A stretch of 50,422 nucleotides of DNA from Trichomonas gallinae. Lineage: Eukaryota. A program made the translations under genes and the position numbers. Positions 29,766-39,944 of the stretch are shown here, piece after piece. The stretch lies in contig MRSU01010851.1 of assembly GCA_008369845.1 (NCBI GenBank), forward strand, positions 1-50,422, read 5' to 3'. Position 1 is the stretch's first letter, and each line of letters opens with the position of its first letter. Under the pieces are notes generated by a model. That model was not told where the DNA came from, did not search any database, and worked only from the letters and a program-made list of their open reading frames with translations.

Positions 29766-31307
29766 ATGTTTGCTTACATCGCTCTTGCTAAGGCTAGAAC
29801 TATCATTGGTGAACAAACTCAAGCGCAAACAGTTTCATTAGAGGGAGATTTAAGAATTGAAGATTGCTTCTTCCATGATATTGGCGACAAAACACATTAT
29901 TTCACATCCCCAATAGAAGTAAGTGGTGGATCAGCCGCCAATACCATTGAAATTGCTACAACAATGTTCCAAAATACATTGGCATCATATGGCGCCACAT
30001 TCAAACTTGAGTCAAACGCCAATGTCCTTATCCAAAAGACAGCTACACTTAAGACAAGTCCTTATATGTCGAATTTCAAATATGGTCAAAGAGGTGCTTG
30101 CGGTGTGATTTGGTATGCAGCCAGCGCCAACGTTGAACTATCATCCTTTGTTGAAGGCACAAGTGGCTCCTCAAACTTAGAAATCTTTTCGAACGCAGTT
30201 GTTGATCACATTAACAGCTCAAAGTGTACTGCTGATATCGGTTTAAGAAGCTCTGCATACGGTAATGTTGATATTGAATCATGCACAGAAACAGCAACAG
30301 TCAAATTCTCAACATTCTATAAAGACAGCTCACAATGCGGTATCTTATATTTCAAAGATATAGCATGCGACCCACATGTCATCAGCTGCAACTTCCTTGA
30401 GAACGATCTCACTGGCTACGGTCTCATCAGTGTTCAAGAGTGCAAAGGCACCACAAAGATTGAGACCTGCGTTTTCAAGGATAACAACTACCACGGCCAC
30501 GAGATCTTTTATGGCTATAAGGGTTGGTTCTCTAAAAATCCAACAAAAATTGAGGTTGCCAACTGTTATGTTGATAACACAAAAACTAACGACTATGTTG
30601 TAGCAAAGCAATGGATTGAAGCCCCAACAGATCCAATCAGAATGGAACTTTATGCAACAGGAGAAGTAGCTGCAGCCTACACACCAGTTCCACCACCAAC
30701 AAAGGAACCAGTTCCTGAAGAGCCAACAAACCCTGGCAAGGATACACCAACAACACCTGAAAATCCAGCAACACCAGAACAGCCAACATCACCGGAAAAA
30801 CCAACAAACCCCGAAGAGCCAACATCACCTGAGCAACCAACAAATCCAGAGAATCCCACAACACCAGAACAGCCAACAAATCCAGGCAAGGATACACCAA
30901 CAACACCGGAAAAGCCAACAAATCCAAACAAGGATACACCAACAACTCCAGAAGAACCAAGTAAGGAAACACCAGGCAATGATAACTCAGATAGCAATCC
31001 ATCGAAAGGTGCAGCTGCCGATGCCAAAGGTGGAAAAGCTTCAAAGGAAGGAAGTAGTAAAATTGACATGAAGATCCTTATTGGTGTTATTGGTGGTCTT
31101 TTGGTTGCCGCTCTTGTCGTCGCTGCCATTTTCGCCAAAATCTACCATACGAAGAACATGGACGAAGAAGTCTCATGCTCTGAAACATCCCAATCAGAGG
31201 AAACTGATTCAGTTAACGTCACAGCTGAACAAACACGCGAAAACTTCGACGTTGAAGCACCAAATGATGAAGCAGCAGATGCTGAAGCTCCAGAAATTGA
31301 TGCTTAA
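29766..31307 (+). CDS. Type-I surface protein with parallel beta-helix-like ectodomain and Pro/Thr/Glu repeat stalk
   Basis: Short signal peptide; repeated I.xC.F.xN strands (IEDCFFHD, VISCNFLEN, IETCVFKDN, VANCYVDN); P/T/E stalk; TM ILIGVIGGLLVAALVVAAIFA; acidic cytosolic tail. Confidence 0.85.
   Translation: MFAYIALAKARTIIGEQTQAQTVSLEGDLRIEDCFFHDIGDKTHYFTSPIEVSGGSAANTIEIATTMFQNTLASYGATFKLESNANVLIQKTATLKTSPYMSNFKYGQRGACGVIWYAASANVELSSFVEGTSGSSNLEIFSNAVVDHINSSKCTADIGLRSSAYGNVDIESCTETATVKFSTFYKDSSQCGILYFKDIACDPHVISCNFLENDLTGYGLISVQECKGTTKIETCVFKDNNYHGHEIFYGYKGWFSKNPTKIEVANCYVDNTKTNDYVVAKQWIEAPTDPIRMELYATGEVAAAYTPVPPPTKEPVPEEPTNPGKDTPTTPENPATPEQPTSPEKPTNPEEPTSPEQPTNPENPTTPEQPTNPGKDTPTTPEKPTNPNKDTPTTPEEPSKETPGNDNSDSNPSKGAAADAKGGKASKEGSSKIDMKILIGVIGGLLVAALVVAAIFAKIYHTKNMDEEVSCSETSQSEETDSVNVTAEQTRENFDVEAPNDEAADAEAPEIDA
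30714..30975 (+). repeat. Coding tandem repeat: 18-nt units PE(E/Q/K/N)PT(N/S/T) interspersed with 24-nt PGKDTPTT units
   Basis: Visible in the translation (PEEPTNPGKDTPTTPENPATPEQPTSPEKPTN...) and in the DNA (ccaacaaatccaggcaaggatacaccaacaaca-type units x3). Confidence 0.9.
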
Positions 31308-32182
31308 ATCAAATTGTTTTGTTTCTATCATAATAAAATATTAGATGTTATTGTTTTCTTTCCAAAAAAAAAACACTTTTTTAAATTTCATTAATTTGTC
31401 AGGATTTGGTAAACAAAGCTTGAAAAACATTCAGATTGGCTAGAATTGAGGTGCCGATAATGAGTATATTGGAATGGAAATGAATATGGAGTTTAAATGG
31501 AAAAATTCATGAAAATTTTTGGCATTTTCTGAAGAAAGATTATTTATTAGATTGTTTGACATCCATTTACATGAATTTATCCGGGATAAACTTTTTTTAA
31601 TAATGGTTTGTGGAAATTTTGCTAAATATTCATTTGTTGAGGTATATAGATGTAGAAAAACATGCTAAAATTATATTGGGTCAGTAAATTTTGTCACTTT
31701 TGATGTTTTCTGAAATATGTAGAATTAGATACATACATCAATATCGAAGCTTCAGATTTTTTCTTGAAAAAACTTTTTATTCAAAATATATTTGATTTCA
31801 ATAAACATTCAAAAAAATCTAAAAAAATAATGCTAATAATAGTATTACGATCATATATCACACAGAAAAATTACTATTTCTATTTTTATTAATGAAATCA
31901 TCTAAAAATGTTATACATAATCTAATTACTAAATAAAAATTATTGCTTGTTAAAATATTTTCATTGTTGTAAAATTTATCTGCCAAATTATATAATAATG
32001 CGATATATAATATCAAATAAATTAAGAAAGACCAATAAAAATAAACTTTAAAATTGTATAATGCGGGATCACTAAATTCAACCGTTTTTTATTGTCAAAT
32101 ATTGAATAAAACCGTCGTTCTTTTGTGAGGATTTTTCCGTTTTTTAAAATTTTCACTTTTTTTGATATTTTTAAACATCTAT

Positions 32183-32428
32183 ATGTCTAACGAATGGTTG
32201 AATTTTGATATATGTTCTGATGACGAGTATGAAGAATCCCCATTTCTCGGGATGTTTTCGATGAGACCAACAGGTGTATGCTGCCAATTTAGAAGACCAC
32301 TTCCACCATTTGTACAAAAACCTTCATCCGAAGAGCGTAGCTCTGATTCTTCTGATTCTAGTGTTGATGAATTACCAATCTTATCCGTTGGTTTGGATTC
32401 TTTCCCTACATATCAACTTGTTTGTTAG
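32183..32428 (+). CDS. Small hypothetical protein (81 aa)
   Basis: GC-enriched ORF in very AT-rich flanks, with Inr TCACTT at 32153-32158 about 25 nt upstream of the ATG; Ser/acidic low complexity. Confidence 0.55.
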   Translation: MSNEWLNFDICSDDEYEESPFLGMFSMRPTGVCCQFRRPLPPFVQKPSSEERSSDSSDSSVDELPILSVGLDSFPTYQLVC

Positions 32429-32996
32429 ATTTATAGATGTTGTTTGTTCGTAATTTATAGAAAAATACTAATAAAAATCGATAGACAATAGTTGTCTACT
32501 ATCCGTTAACAGAACCTTTTTCATATGCAAAACCTCTGTAATTTTTTTTTAGCAAATGCACAGCCATAGCTTAATAATTCATAATCTATATCATCTCAAT
32601 AACATTATTTTAAAAGTAATTTTCTCATTTATTAATTTAATAAAAAATATATTGAAATAGCGTTACTATGAAATCATACAAAATGGATATAAAATATATA
32701 ATTATATGAATGTAACAATGAATTTGAACGAAGTATTTCTTAAATAAATTAATGATTCAAATTTGAAAAAAAAAATATGAAATTTAAATATTTTTATTTG
32801 ATTATATAACTTAAAAATTTGATTTGAGAGTAAATATATTGTTTTGGGATTGATTTGTGGAGAATAATTTTCCTCAATCAAATAAATATCAAAAAAATCA
32901 CGATATTAATGAATTATAAATATTCTTGTGATGATATGAAAAAAAATAAGTTTTTGGATGCATATCAGGTCACACCTGAATGCAAAATTTTAATTT

Positions 32997-34511
32997 TTAG
33001 AGTTTTTCACCAACTTTTTCAGCAATCTTCTGTAACTGATCCACAGTAAACTTGGAGATGTCTTCGTTATCTCCACATGCGCTTGGTGTTGCGAAAACAG
33101 CTTTATGATAGCATTGGTCGCTTTCGATGATGGAAACAAACTTATCCTTGTTCCAGCAGACGAGTTCCAAGTCAGTCTTTCTGCCTGCTTGAGTGATCCA
33201 GCAATGTTGGCCATCTTTGAACCTCTGGATCTTTCCTTCTGTGGTTCTATAGTGTCCATGTGATGTATATGACTTATCAATGTCTTTCATGACCTTAAGC
33301 TCGTAATCTCCATTAGGTGTCTTAAATGAGTCGCCATAAATAGGAATGAAAGCTGGATCTGTCTTATCATCGATGTCAGCAAGCTTCTCCTGTTGTCTGA
33401 GGTCATCACGAGCCTTACGAATCTTCTCGTCAAGATCATCCAAAGTTTTCTGGCGGATTCCTTCTTCAAGCGAACTCCTAACATCAGGGACATGGAATGT
33501 GTAATGCCAAATAGCGCGAATTGTTGTCTTCCAGACTGGTTCTTCGATTTCTTTAACTGGTTCGCTTGCTGGCTGTTCTATTGGTGCATCTTTGATTGCA
33601 TTGTCTGCAATTGGCTCCGGAGTAACTTTTTCAGCATAAATTTCACCTTCATCAGAATCTTCATCTTTATCTGAAGATTCTGACTTTTCTCCGTCACCAC
33701 TCGCTTGTTCTTCTGCTGCTAAAGCTGCCTGCTGCTGTAATAAATTGTCTAATTCTTCCTTCGCTTTTGCTAATTCTTCAGCGGCTCCTGGATAACCTTC
33801 GCCTTCGCGCACGCGTAAATCAGTAATTTGCTCCTCGAGCGCGCTGATCTTCACATTGAGTATCTCTGATTCCGAAGGTTTTTTAACTGGCGGAGAAGAA
33901 ATTTTTTCTGGCGCTGGGGATTCTGAGGGCTTTGGCGTTGATATTGGGACTGGTGTCTGTACCGGGAGTGCTTTTGTCGATTCTACGCGTCTTTTGTCTT
34001 CTTCGTATTTGTTGATAATAGATTGTAACTCGGATTTTCGCTTTTTGGCTGAGGATAATTTTTCTTGTCCCATTTTAATGCGCTTTAGATATATATTGTG
34101 ACCTTCTGTGTATATCGAATTTAGCTTTGAATACATTTGTTGTCTTTGGCTTTCGAGAGACGCACATGTGTTCGGGCATTTGACGTGTGGATTAAATATT
34201 TCGTCAGATCCATCGCAGCAATCGCAAATTCCGTCGCTTACTGACCACTTTTGAATTGTTTGCGGAAGGTATCCTTTATTTTGGCAATAAAATGTTCCAT
34301 TGATGAAAGTGGATGTTCCAGGTTCATCGGAGCCATCTTCGCAATCAGGATACCCGTCATTAACTTTTGATAATTTAATAACTTTTTTTCCTGAAAAGCA
34401 CGTGAAAGTCTGCTTCACTTTATCGATAGCCTTCTCGTATTTAGGCCATTCGCTGGGTACTGCACCGAGCGGAGGGTCGATCGTCAGGCTGAAAATCAAA
34501 AAACAAAACAT
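32997..34511 (-). CDS. PRKCSH: Glucosidase II beta subunit (PRKCSH-like)
   Basis: Signal peptide; G2B domain FTCFSG...VNDGYPDCEDGSDEPGTS...FYCQNKGY...VSDGICDCCDGSDE...CPNTC; coiled coil; C-terminal MRH-like domain (DGQHCW...GRKT...C...IESDQCYH...FATPSAC). Confidence 0.9.
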   Translation of the reverse strand: MFCFLIFSLTIDPPLGAVPSEWPKYEKAIDKVKQTFTCFSGKKVIKLSKVNDGYPDCEDGSDEPGTSTFINGTFYCQNKGYLPQTIQKWSVSDGICDCCDGSDEIFNPHVKCPNTCASLESQRQQMYSKLNSIYTEGHNIYLKRIKMGQEKLSSAKKRKSELQSIINKYEEDKRRVESTKALPVQTPVPISTPKPSESPAPEKISSPPVKKPSESEILNVKISALEEQITDLRVREGEGYPGAAEELAKAKEELDNLLQQQAALAAEEQASGDGEKSESSDKDEDSDEGEIYAEKVTPEPIADNAIKDAPIEQPASEPVKEIEEPVWKTTIRAIWHYTFHVPDVRSSLEEGIRQKTLDDLDEKIRKARDDLRQQEKLADIDDKTDPAFIPIYGDSFKTPNGDYELKVMKDIDKSYTSHGHYRTTEGKIQRFKDGQHCWITQAGRKTDLELVCWNKDKFVSIIESDQCYHKAVFATPSACGDNEDISKFTVDQLQKIAEKVGEKL

Positions 34512-34734
34512 CAAAATTTTGGCCGATTATTTTTTCTGAAGTTTACACGACATTTTCTCTTTTTCATCGGATTTAGTCTTTAAAAGCTGTATATATTCCA
34601 CTTTCACCAAAATATTCGATTTTTACTGAATTTCAATCCAATAAACAAATTATTCGACTTTTGACTAAAAACTTGCCTAGAAACAGCGGTTTTTCTTGTT
34701 ATATTTTAAATTTCCAAGCAGATATCATTCAAAA

Positions 34735-35135
34735 AACAATAAAAGCAAATTTCTTATTGATTCTCTTTAATTATGACTCCTTTTAATGGAATTTTTAAAA
34801 AGCTTCTTATACTTTAATTGTATGATAGCCGCAATACTAAAAAATCAAATCTTTTGGATTATCTTATATTTTGTCTCTCTGTAATGGAATTTTAAAAGCT
34901 CTTCTTATATCTTAATTTTGAGATAACAATAATAGCAAGAAAAACAAATATTTTTCTTTGATATATTTTATTTTGTCTTCATATAAAGGGATTTCAAAAA
35001 CCTTCTTTATATACTTTTGCCTTGTTATTTCCACAATAACAAAAAATCATAAAATAAAAAATTATCATTCTTTTCTATATTTTAGAATGCATTAAATTCC
35101 TCTTCCTATATCTTAATTGTATCATAATAATAAAT
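34735..35135. repeat. Degenerate ~100-bp tandem repeat, about 4 copies
   Basis: Anchors aatgga/aaggga/aatgca at 34785, 34883, 34986, 35086, and c(t/c)tata(c/t)(t/c)ttaatt at 34806, 34904, 35105. Confidence 0.65.
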
Positions 35136-35264
35136 ATCTCAAGATGATAATAAATAATGAAAATAAAATAATTTTGATTTTTTTGAGATTTGAGTTATAG
35201 ATACGTGAGGAAAGTTAACAAAAAATAAACTTTTTAATTTTACTCGCCTAAATTTATAAAAAAA

Positions 35265-38200
35265 TTAATCTTCCTCAATCTCTATACCGATTGAGCGGAA
35301 GTTATCCTTCAATGGCTTGAAAGCGTCCTTGGCTGATAAGAACTTCTGCTCCATTCCCATTGGAACGTGCTTAGCCGCGACGACCATTGCCTTGTTCAAG
35401 ACTTTGACTGTCTCAGAGAAGCACTGCCTGAGCATGTTGATGTGCTCTTCTTCCTCTGGGTGCTTCTCTGCGTATTCTGGTGTCAAGAAGGCGTTGATGT
35501 ACATCTGAGTACCACCGTTGACACCTGCATCGACGATACCTGAAATGAGGAGAAGGATCTGCTGGCCGTTTGGTGTAGCAGACTTTGTCGAGTCGCAGAA
35601 GTTCAGTGTGTTCATCTCTGTGACGACTTCCTGGCACTTCGTGCGCATTGTGATGATGGCGTTTTCGATTGGGTTGATGATCCTTGTCTTCGTCTTCTCT
35701 GTGATGACAGGGAGGCACCTTGTGAAGCATGGGAATGAGCCGTCTGTGAAGTAGATCGTTTCTTCTGTGAAAGCGCCGGCGAATTCGTTGACGTATTCAG
35801 GTCCTTTCTTCGGCTTTCCGATTCTTGTCCTGAAGACATTGACCTTCTCGACTCTTCTAAAGTTGCCGATGAACTTAGGTCCGTTGCCGTACTCTGGGAT
35901 GTGCAAGACATCGTCGACTTCCTGCTGTGTTGTGATTTCGCAGTTTGTCGCCAAGATAACCATGCCTTTCTCTGGGTCGAGTGTCTCGACTTCCTTGTCG
36001 AAGTCCTTCTGGGACTGGTGAGCGTTGCAGCCTGGGAACATCAGCTTGAGGTCCTTGATGAACTGGTTGATGTTCTTGAAGCCGCTCATTCTGTACATCA
36101 TCGTCTTGTTCCTGTAGAACTCTTTGAAGCCGTTTCCATGGAAGACGACTCTGTAGTAATAGAAGAAGATGTGCTCGGCAGCTGTTGCGTTATATACCTG
36201 AGACTCAAGAGTGAGCAATTCATTCAAGAAGCCCATGACTCTGAGTTTGCCGTCGAAAACTACGCGCTCCTTGCACTCCCTGATTATATCTAAAGCGAAA
36301 TCTGGAACCATTGCATCCTGGACGAGTTTGATCGCCTTGACATACAAAGCGAACATAATTTCTCTCATGCTGCGGCAGACTCTCTTCGACGGGCCAGTTG
36401 GATCGATGCAGTACTTCTCAATGTCAGACTGCGAGTTCGGCTGGATGATCTTGATGAACGGAATATTAGGCTTAACTTTAGCATCCGGTGGCAAATCGTT
36501 CGGCTGGAACAGCCTGCACCAATTGACGATGCACAAAGCTGCTTCGAGCATGTTGGACTTAGACATGGCCTGCAACTCAGCGAGCTTGCATGAGATTTCT
36601 GGGATGAACTCGTCGATGCCGTTCTTCTTGCAGTAATCGATAAGACCCAAATATGAGTTAACAAGCAAATCCTGGTTCGCTTCGATCTGTTCTTCGTTTG
36701 TGATATTTGAGACGTAGAAAGAGAACCTGTAGAGATCTGGAATGATATTCTCGTCGAACAAGTGCATGACTCTGTTGAAGCCTTGCTCCTTTCTAAGTGT
36801 GTAGATGGCTCTCATTGTTGGTACTGTGAGACCGACCTGCATCAAAACCAAATAGATCTGCTTAAGATCAGTGAGTTCGTTGTCGTTTGAAGAATATAAA
36901 GCGTAGCAGTTGATGAGTGGGAGAAGGAGGTCGCCGAACTTAGGAAGGTCTTCTTTTGAAACTTCTTTGATGAGTAAGTTGATGACTGTGAAATCAGAGA
37001 CGCTCGGGTAGATCATCTCATGGAGCTGATCGTTGGAAGCGAAATTATATGACTCGATACTCAAGTCGAGATAAGAAGCAAGCAATTCTACCTTGTGATT
37101 GAAGTTAGGGTCAGCCATCATCTTCCTGAGTGTTCTCTGGTTCTCTCTTAAGTAGTGGGCGAACGAGAAGAGTCTCTCTTGTGGTCCGATGTCCTTAGAT
37201 TTCATGACTTCGATGATTAAATCGTTGTGGTCCTTCACGAAAACTTTTGGCTGTGTGAAAGCGACTGTCATGAGAAGTCTTGTCAAAGCTGTTCTTGCTG
37301 CAGCCTGGTCGTCGTCCTTCTTCTGTGTCTGCTCGAAGAAAACCTGCCTGAGGAGTGGAATGAACTGGACAATGAACTCATCTCTAACTGAGAAGAAGAG
37401 AGAAGCTAAAACGACGACAACGAGTTCGACGCAATGAGGCAAATTCGCTGCCTTCTTGAGTTCGACAGCGAACAAGTCCTTTAGAATGTCACGCTCTGGT
37501 CTGTTGATCCATACATTGGTTGTAGACAAAGCGAGAATGACACGAAGCTTTGATTTGTCGATTGGAACTTGTTTTCTGTCTTCCGGATGGTTTCTGATGG
37601 ACTGGATGAAGTTGATGACGTAGCCAGTGATGACATTGATGTCGTCGCCGACGAAGCAGCAGTGAACTGCGGCGATCATCTGTGCGAAATATCTCAAAAT
37701 AAGCTGTTGCTTGGCGAAGACGAGCGATTTCGTCTGTGGTGGATCCTCTGGGTTGTATTCCTTAACAATATCGCTGAGTTTTTCGAAAATTGGAGTGATT
37801 TTCTCTTTGAAGATTGTATTCTTGTTGTTGATGCCGAGATCAATGACTGATGCCTTGTATGATGTGGCAACGAGTCTCAAAATGTATGGAGAAACCTTGA
37901 TTAAGCTACGATATTCCATAGTATTCGTATCATTCTGTGTAAACTCGGCATTGATGCATCCGATGATATAGAAGAAGTTGCCAAGCTCAGAGTGTTCTTT
38001 GATCGCACGTGGGAAGTCAGCTTCGACGAATTCGTCGAGAAGTTTGATATGAGCGCCATATGATGGTGTGACCAAGATGAGAGTGAAGATGTCGCGAAGG
38101 CAGTTGAATGCTTGCTGCGCCAAGTTCGTACTTGTCGAAATAATTATGCAGAAATTGAGGAGAAGCTCTTTGACGAATTTAGACCACTCGGAGATTGGAA

Positions 38201-39944
38201 TCTGGTTCCACTTATCGAGGATGAGGTTGAGATTTGCGTTGTTCTCGTTTGGATTGTAATGAACGAGTTTGTGGAGGTTTTCGTCGTTTGTTAAGTTTGT
38301 TGACGCGAAGGAGAGTGTGTAGATGATGTGTCCAATGGATGGCGGTGGCTTAGACTTGCCGCTCGGCTTGTCTGGAGTAAGGTTAAAGTCTGTGATCTTT
38401 GGAGTCTCATCACGAACTGAGAAGTGGTAGAGATTTGCTGTATCTGTCGAATAGTTTTGTGGAAGGCAGCCGTTTGGACCCGCGAGCTTGATAACTGTAT
38501 ATCCTGATGGCTTAACTCCACCGTCTGCCCTTTGAAGCTCGATGGCTAAGTAGAGGTCCTCGAATGGTGTCGTTGTCTTGTTCAAGTCTATGCCAAATGT
38601 CTCAGAAGATCTCATTAATTGGATGCCTTTGAACGAAGAAGAGACCCAGGCCACTTGATCGAACTGGTGGGACTCGATGTTTTCGATGCATGGGACGAAT
38701 ACTTTGTTGCGACTGTCTAATAAGCGAATAACAATTCTCGAGCGTTTGAATTTCGACTTCTGTTCGATTTCTTTGATTGTAAAGTATAATATTGAGCGCC
38801 TCTGTGTCGGCAAAACTGTTTGTGGAAGGAAGAATGGATCAATTCTTGTGCAATGAGCTAATGAAGGAATTTGTTCGATAAGTGTGTCATATGTGCCCTG
38901 ATATGCAGAGAACTTGACTTCGTAGCTAAGAATTCCGCTTGTTTTTACGCATTCTTTCAACATATCGAAATGAAGATTTTGGATCTTGGATTCATCAGCA
39001 ACCTTTGAAATCGCATCACGAGTAAGTGGATCCTTTTGAGATCTCTGGAAAATAAGACGAGAACGGCAAGTTGGAAGCTCAATTAAAGCGCAAGAATTGC
39101 ATTCTCTACAATCATCGAGTCCTGGTTTCATAGGAATAATATCGTAAGAGTAAACAACTAAATACATTGCTTCCTTGCATGTAGAAAGATCCAACTGGTC
39201 AACTAAAAGCTCAACTTTCGGATTTGACTTCTGAAAATCGATAGGATCGAATTTGAATGAAATTGGGGAAGACGTGAATGGGCTGACCTTCTGCTGGTAG
39301 ATGGCAAATCTGAAACTCGTTGGTTTCTTCATGTTCTTTATTTCAATACTCAAGCGAATCAAGGTGTATGATGGTAAAGAGTATCTCACTGATACCTCCT
39401 GACCCTGGACGAACATTTCACGACCCCAAGTTGTCATTGTAGTTGGAGATGAATTGTAAGATCTAACATCAGAAGGGATTTTGAGGATTTGGTTGATACT
39501 ATCGATGCAATCAGCAATTTCTTTGTGGTGTTCCGCAAATGTTTCTGGTTTATTTTGGTTTTCTTTCAGATAATCAATATTCGAAATCATTTGGAAAATC
39601 AGATTAAATTGCTTAACGCGCTCTTCATCGGATGTAGAATTTTGCTTTTCTTGAATTTCGTTGATGATTTTTGCTGTTGTGATTGACGCTTCGCGAAGAA
39701 GTAAGTCTTCCGGCTTAGATAACAGGATATTATGGTGTTGATTTTCTCCAGGATAAAATGCAACATGTGATTTCGGGAAAATACCCTCTAAACCGGAAAA
39801 TAAATTCTTCCCATGGAACCAATCCTTCGAAGAATGGTAAATTTCGAACTGATCACCGGTAAGCATGGGAATCTGCTTCTGGCCATTGGCTAAAAATGGG
39901 AATTTGGCAATGGCGAGACCCGATTCTCGTTGCCACGTAGACAT
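35265..39944 (-). CDS. DOCK-family Rho/Rac GEF (SH3, DHR-1 C2, DHR-2), 1559 aa
   Basis: N-terminal SH3-like region (AIAKFPF...GDQFEIY...DWFHG...EGIFPKSHV), C2/DHR-1 region, DHR-2 motifs YYRVVFHGNGF, INPIENAI and ISGIVDAGVNGGTQMYINAF. First ATG at 39944. Confidence 0.93.
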   Translation of the reverse strand: MSTWQRESGLAIAKFPFLANGQKQIPMLTGDQFEIYHSSKDWFHGKNLFSGLEGIFPKSHVAFYPGENQHHNILLSKPEDLLLREASITTAKIINEIQEKQNSTSDEERVKQFNLIFQMISNIDYLKENQNKPETFAEHHKEIADCIDSINQILKIPSDVRSYNSSPTTMTTWGREMFVQGQEVSVRYSLPSYTLIRLSIEIKNMKKPTSFRFAIYQQKVSPFTSSPISFKFDPIDFQKSNPKVELLVDQLDLSTCKEAMYLVVYSYDIIPMKPGLDDCRECNSCALIELPTCRSRLIFQRSQKDPLTRDAISKVADESKIQNLHFDMLKECVKTSGILSYEVKFSAYQGTYDTLIEQIPSLAHCTRIDPFFLPQTVLPTQRRSILYFTIKEIEQKSKFKRSRIVIRLLDSRNKVFVPCIENIESHQFDQVAWVSSSFKGIQLMRSSETFGIDLNKTTTPFEDLYLAIELQRADGGVKPSGYTVIKLAGPNGCLPQNYSTDTANLYHFSVRDETPKITDFNLTPDKPSGKSKPPPSIGHIIYTLSFASTNLTNDENLHKLVHYNPNENNANLNLILDKWNQIPISEWSKFVKELLLNFCIIISTSTNLAQQAFNCLRDIFTLILVTPSYGAHIKLLDEFVEADFPRAIKEHSELGNFFYIIGCINAEFTQNDTNTMEYRSLIKVSPYILRLVATSYKASVIDLGINNKNTIFKEKITPIFEKLSDIVKEYNPEDPPQTKSLVFAKQQLILRYFAQMIAAVHCCFVGDDINVITGYVINFIQSIRNHPEDRKQVPIDKSKLRVILALSTTNVWINRPERDILKDLFAVELKKAANLPHCVELVVVVLASLFFSVRDEFIVQFIPLLRQVFFEQTQKKDDDQAAARTALTRLLMTVAFTQPKVFVKDHNDLIIEVMKSKDIGPQERLFSFAHYLRENQRTLRKMMADPNFNHKVELLASYLDLSIESYNFASNDQLHEMIYPSVSDFTVINLLIKEVSKEDLPKFGDLLLPLINCYALYSSNDNELTDLKQIYLVLMQVGLTVPTMRAIYTLRKEQGFNRVMHLFDENIIPDLYRFSFYVSNITNEEQIEANQDLLVNSYLGLIDYCKKNGIDEFIPEISCKLAELQAMSKSNMLEAALCIVNWCRLFQPNDLPPDAKVKPNIPFIKIIQPNSQSDIEKYCIDPTGPSKRVCRSMREIMFALYVKAIKLVQDAMVPDFALDIIRECKERVVFDGKLRVMGFLNELLTLESQVYNATAAEHIFFYYYRVVFHGNGFKEFYRNKTMMYRMSGFKNINQFIKDLKLMFPGCNAHQSQKDFDKEVETLDPEKGMVILATNCEITTQQEVDDVLHIPEYGNGPKFIGNFRRVEKVNVFRTRIGKPKKGPEYVNEFAGAFTEETIYFTDGSFPCFTRCLPVITEKTKTRIINPIENAIITMRTKCQEVVTEMNTLNFCDSTKSATPNGQQILLLISGIVDAGVNGGTQMYINAFLTPEYAEKHPEEEEHINMLRQCFSETVKVLNKAMVVAAKHVPMGMEQKFLSAKDAFKPLKDNFRSIGIEIEED

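Noticed and set aside
35317..38294. Many antisense or overlapping ORFs in DOCK (also in eIF3i, importin, aminopeptidase and the surface-protein repeat)
   Set aside because: Shadow ORFs caused by codon bias or repeats of the real gene; no independent motifs.
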